Source: Chara braunii (Eukaryota > Plantae > Charophyceae). From it: a stretch of DNA of 52,827 bases. The stretch lies in contig BFEA01000039.1 in assembly GCA_003427395.1 (NCBI GenBank), positions 4,444,536 to 4,497,362 of the forward strand. Reading direction: 5' to 3'. Numbering within the stretch: position 1 is the first letter of the stretch; each line of letters begins with the position of its first letter. This document shows, piece by piece, positions 47,748 to 52,827 of the stretch. Under the pieces are notes generated by a model that saw only the letters and a list, made by a program, of their open reading frames with translations, ran no database searches and was not told where the DNA came from. The position numbers and the translations under genes were made by a program.

Positions 47748-47846
47748 GTAGCGACCTGTTTCTAGTGATCTGTTTCTAGCGATCTGTTTCTAGCGATCTG
47801 TTTCTAGCGATCCGTTTCTAGCGATCTGTTTCTAGCGATCTGTTTC
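47748..47846. repeat. 14-bp tandem repeat
   Basis: TAGCGATCTGTTTC, about 7 copies. Confidence 0.9.
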
Positions 47847-48591
47847 GATAAGGTGGGAACAAGAGAAATGGGTGACCTTTCGGCTTTGGAAGTGGCAACG
47901 TTTTCAGCGCTCGCAAGCGCCAGGGTGGGAAGACGAAGAAGAGGCGGGAATGCGGCGATGTGAAGGGAAATGAAGGAAAGAGGAAGATGGGAGGGAGAGA
48001 GAGGGAGGGGGGAGGTGCGGAGAGTCGTGAGGTTGCGAGAGAGGACGGCGGCGAGCAGAAACTGAGAAACTGTAATGTGGCCATTCTAGTGGAGAGGGGA
48101 GAAAAGAAGGGTGAAGAAAGAAACGCGGCATGAGATGGCAGTGTGAAGGAGCAGATATGGAGCGGGAAGGAGGAGGAAAAAGGTACGGAGGCTGGTACGA
48201 AAGGCGGAAGGGAAGTGGTAGGGAGGAGGTCGGTGGGGGAGGAGAAGTGGGAGGGAGGATGATGAGCAGAACGATCGTGTGAAGTTGTAGAGGAGAACGG
48301 AAGGGGGGCAAAGGGGATAACGAGAGATGAGGGGGAAGGACGAATGCCCATGACCGACCGTGGCAGTAATCACACGAATTGCGACGAGAACAAGGAAAAG
48401 AGTATACGGCAGCGGTTCAAAGCGAAGGCAGAGGGTAGGGAGGGTAGGGAAAGCTTTCGCCAGGCAGAGGGCATGAGAGAGGGGATACTTGAAGAAAGTC
48501 GGGAGGCTGAGGACGTAGGCAGCCGTTTCGAATATGTCAAGTCGATTGCTCGGCGCAGCAGGTTATATGCACACGAGAGAGCGAGCGAGCG

Positions 48592-48667
<76 letters not shown>

Positions 48668-48765
48668 GCTGGTGGGATGCTGACGGGTGAGGACTTGAAG
48701 GAGGAGGGCGATTGTTGTTCCAAGTCGGATCAAAAGGGTAACCAAGAGGGAACTTTCTTCGGCTA

Positions 48766-48870
48766 CCGTCTTCACCCGAATATAACGCCCGGTCATTATA
48801 GCTGTATTTGGGGCATTTTTCAGTCCAGATGCAGCGATAATGACCGGGCGCTCTATTCGGGTGAAGACTG
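48766..48870. mobile_element. MITE family 1 copy
   Basis: CTA|CCGTCTTCACCCGAATATAACG...CGCTCTATTCGGGTGAAGACTG|TAG; near reverse complement of the 5141 copy. Confidence 0.8.
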
Positions 48871-49702
48871 TAGGGTTTTGAAAATGCGGACACCGCTGCT
48901 TCGCCAATTAAGTGTTTAGAAGGCACTCGTTGAAAAGGACGAAACGGAACGAAACGGAACGGAACGGAAACGGAAACGGAACGAAAAGAAACGAAACGAA
49001 AAGAAAAGGAAAGAAAAGGAAAGAGAAAAGGCATGATTGAAACACCCAGAAGAACATGGTCAGGTGAGAAAAATAGCAATTCGAGCGGCTCTACAGTTTT
49101 GTCACTGTTTTGAACGGATTTGGGATAATGTAGCATGCTGCTTCTTCCCTTTCCTCTTAAGGCAATTTTCGACAAAAAAAAAACAAAAAAACATCTAAGT
49201 GAAGATAATGTCAGTGGCGTGGGATTATATGAAAGGGGGTGGAGGGGGGAGGGGGGTGGGCTGGAGAGGGGACAGCTTGGCGGTGGTGGCAGTATATTGC
49301 AGTAATAAGGGGGATATTATGTTTGGTTATGTATGACATGAACTGAGATATGATCCAAAATGCGAATCAGTGGAAAAGAGCAGCAGTCTGAGCAGCAGTT
49401 TGAGGATATTGCTTGCTCTGTGCAGCCCGGCTGCTGTGCTAATTTTTCACCCTAAATAAATCATAAACTCATGTTTGCCGTCCTTTGGGACATCACCCTT
49501 GCAAAAAGGATGGCGAGCATGAATTGAGGAATGGTTTAGAGGAAAAAAAATGGAAAAACCAGAAAAAGCATGTTTGCCCACTTATAGGGCATACTCACAC
49601 TAGGCCCTCAAAAATGAGTGGCCAGATCGAGTCCTCGTAAAGGAACGACTGCATCTGGACACTCATTTTGCTATTTTGTGATTTGAGGGCCTAGTGCTAG
49701 TA

Positions 49703-49791
49703 TTACTCACACTAGGCCCTCGTACTCACACTAGGCCCTCGTACTCACACTAGGCCCTTTTTTTTTTTTTTTAACTCACACTAGGCCCTCG
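49703..49791. repeat. 19-bp tandem repeat derived from a Harbinger-like terminus
   Basis: TACTCACACTAGGCCCTCG x3-4, the same motif as the TIR at 49587. Confidence 0.8.
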
Positions 49792-51063
49792 AATCACAGA
49801 ATAGCAAAATCACCCTGTTTGGTAATTATTGCGCTTGTTTACCATCACAAAATAGCAAAACCATTGTTCAGTTTTCTTTGTGACAGGAGGTACCGGGCCC
49901 AAATCTGCAGTGCCCAGGCCTGGGACTCCAATTTCCTTTCCTGAGGGTGGCACTTCAGCAGATCTTAGGCTAGGGGAAATGATGCGACTTCTGCTTTGTC
50001 AGAATAGAGGCCCGGATGGAGTGGTGGCTTAAACTGCCAGTACTTGGCCCCACGCTTTTCTCGGTTTGGGGCGTTAAAGCGCTGCCGCATATTTCGGGGC
50101 TCGGCCGCGGGAGCAAAATGGGCCAGTGACGCAAGCCAAAAAGAGGCGGCCTGCGCCGGGCCGTTTCTCTTTTGGCCCACAGTGTGTGCGTCTCCTGCCC
50201 CAGAGAAAAAGTGCTTCGCATCGTCTTCACTTTGCATAATGCTACGTTGATGTAACTCGATCATCAATGCATTGGAGTTTGTTCTGTCTTTTGTTCTTTT
50301 TCAAGGTGGTCTAGATGCCTATGTAGGGAACGCCCCCACATCGGTGCATTTCAATATCGGTTCAATGCTATCTTTTGGCATTTGTTGGAAGATGTCGTGG
50401 CTCTGTCCGTCTTGAAGACAACCGGTAGTTCCGATGCACTCTGCCCCTCTGAGGCCGGAAAAAGTGCTGCGCGCCAAAAAAAAAAAAAAAAAAAAACTGC
50501 CTCGGGCCTCCCTTGTGGCAGGCGCCGCCAGCCATATTTTGCGCTGGCGGACGGCCCCCGAAAGTTGTGGCATCATGCAAGCTGGAACTCTGATACAATA
50601 GTAGCCGGGAAACGAACTGGTGGCGGGGACCACCAGTAGCATACCCAGCTACGCGACATGCATTCGCAAGTGAAACCACCACTGCAGTGCGGAACCGCGT
50701 TCGTCCAAACCCGTCTAAACCGGCGTTCACCCTAGACCATTTATGCCCCTTGTGACACATCCAACCCTCGAGGACAAATACGGGTACAAATACGGGTATC
50801 ATGTTCGCCTTCCGTTTGTGACATCTTTTGGTACCTTCTGTTGCCAGTGCCTTGCCACCAACAATGCAGATGTGGAAATGGTCTTGGGAGTTGGAAAGGA
50901 ACAGCCATTGTTGCAGCACACACCCAATTTAAGTATGCAGGCAGTTAAGACTCCTGAGTCCTGATTAACCTCAGGTTATGTGGTTAATTAACCAGGCCTA
51001 ACTTAAGTACGCAGGCAGTTGAGACTCCTGATTAACCTTAATTTATGTGGTTAACCAGGCCTA

Positions 51064-51168
51064 CCGTCTTCCCCCGAACATAACGCACCTCAAAAATGAA
51101 TGTATACAAGCTATATTGCTGGCCAGATACAGCCAAAATAATAGTGCGTTGTGTTCGGAGGAAGACGG
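51064..51168. mobile_element. MITE family 1 copy
   Basis: CTA|CCGTCTTCCCCCGAACATAACGCAC...GTGCGTTGTGTTCGGAGGAAGACGG|TAG. Confidence 0.78.
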
Positions 51169-52147
51169 TAGTATGTAGTAAAGTTAACCAGGCCATTCTC
51201 AGGTTGGATCCACAGAGGGGACAGTGGCAAATCAGGGTGAACAACCTTTAGACACTAACCTCTTCCCCCAAAACACAATTCACCCTCGTCATATGAATCA
51301 TCTCTAAAGAGTCTAAATGGGATCTCTCCATTTCCAGCAGGTGCAGCTCCCCCCCAAATAGACGGAGCCTCTGACGCTGGGGCCTACTTATCGGGGCCGC
51401 TCTTATCGCCTCGTTAAGTAGGTTTTCCCACATACGAAGTCTAACCGAGGGGGGGGGGGGGAGGAAAAGAAAAGGATTTCTCTGAAACGGACCGGAAGGA
51501 TAAAAAATTCATAAAATCATGAGGACCTTAGAGGAAGTACCCTTCTGTTCGGGGGAAGCGATTGTAGTTTCCCAACAACAACAGGAACAGCAATAGCACC
51601 CACGCGCCTAGCCCCGTTGGTACACCCATGACCTGTTGACATGCAGACCGAAGTTCGAGTTGGAATCCAGATGGGACCAGATGGGACCAGTGGGACCACT
51701 GGAACAAGGTGACAAGCATTGTGAATTATCAGGGGCCGGTCAACTCAAGATGAAAAAAGAAAGAAAAAAAAGAAGATGACGATGATATCTCAAGGCCGTC
51801 GCCTTTTTTTTTGTTTTTGTTAAAAAAAAAAAAAAAAGGAACCGCAACAGCAAGAACCCCAGTTGCGCAGGCAGAACTTCTGCAGACAAGGCAAACTTAC
51901 GTTTAGCCTTTTCGGCACCCGCAATTTGATACGAGCCAGTTTCAAAGACTAATATAGTAATTATTGGGAGGAGAGCGGCTTTCGGCTGTTGCAAAATTAA
52001 TCCAGTCCTGTCGGTCGGTGGGTAGGACATCAGTTCCTGTTGATCATCAGGATCTAAGTAGCACTCTTACCCATGGGTATGCATGAAGGCAGCTGCAATG
52101 GTCACAGTATTTGTCTGATGCTTCCCCCTTCGAACAACCTTTATTAA

Positions 52148-52630
52148 ACCACCAGTACTTCGCCCAGCTGTCAGCCGTGGAAAAAAAATAGAGTAGGAGC
52201 ATTTCTAGCCGGATGAATTTGGGGGCTCCTGTAGTGGCCCGTACGTTTCCTAAAATTGTGGCGCGTTAACGGGCACGTCTTTAGGAAGTACTGGTGGTTT
52301 AAGCCCCCAGTTCACACGAATCTGAGTCGGGCTTGTGCCCGTATACGCAGTGAGAGCATTTCGATTCGGGCCTTGGCCGGTAGCAAAAGCATCCGGCCAC
52401 TTTGCGAAAGGTGCAATTGCAAGCTAAGGAGCCTTGGCTGGTGGCTTCATCGACTTACACTCGTGTGAACTGGCGGTTTAAAGTTTAAACCACCAGTACC
52501 TATTGCATTTCTCGTTGCCCCCGGCCTCGAATGAATATTGACCAAATTCATTCGAGGGGGGTGGGGTTTGACGAGACCATGTGAACAAAATGTGGAGGGG
52601 CAGGCTGCCCAACCGGTAGGTACTGGTGGC
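52148..52630. mobile_element. Three abutting TTAA-flanked MITEs (52148-52298, 52303-52477, 52489-52630)
   Basis: Each has TIRs (ACCACCAGTAC/GTACTGGTGG; GCCCCCAGTTCACACGA/TCGTGTGAACTGGCGGT) and TTAA on both sides. Confidence 0.78.
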
Positions 52631-52827
52631 TTAAGCTTGGCCTCAATGTTTTTTTTTTTTTGCTTGGAGTGGGAGGGCGGTGGGGGGGTTTGACTAGGCC
52701 ATGTGAACAAAATGGAAAGGAAGGAACCCATGCCAGTATTTGTCCTGAGTCCTGGCTCCGCTAGGTGCCAAATGTGATACAAAGGGACAAAAGTATCGAT
52801 GGGGCACATTGCATCTTTCCGCCTTCT

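Overview
Repeat-rich eukaryotic nuclear DNA with several N gaps. The two recognisable genes are plant-type, so this is a streptophyte; the repeat load suggests a charophyte alga, which is an inference. The first gene is Mediator subunit 4 (MED4), three exons on + (6762-7469, 13370-14416, 14945-15031) with GT-AG introns of about 5.9 kb and 0.5 kb. The second is an intronless eIF3m (43465-44712, +). The rest is microsatellites, minisatellites and transposon debris: a 5'-truncated L1-type LINE, a probable tyrosine-recombinase relic, a MULE-like element, several MITE families (TA/CTAG-, TTAA- and TTA-flanked) and tRNA-derived SINEs. Two signals stand out. (1) About eight U6 snRNA-derived copies lie on the minus strand: a tandem cluster of U6+tail units upstream of MED4, and a full-length, TSD-flanked retrocopy inside MED4 intron 2. 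(2) A dispersed ~110-150 nt three-hairpin module occurs in at least 8 copies, with conserved loops and covarying stems, often next to poly(T)/poly(A) ends. All identifications are by eye and from remembered family sequences; no searches were run.
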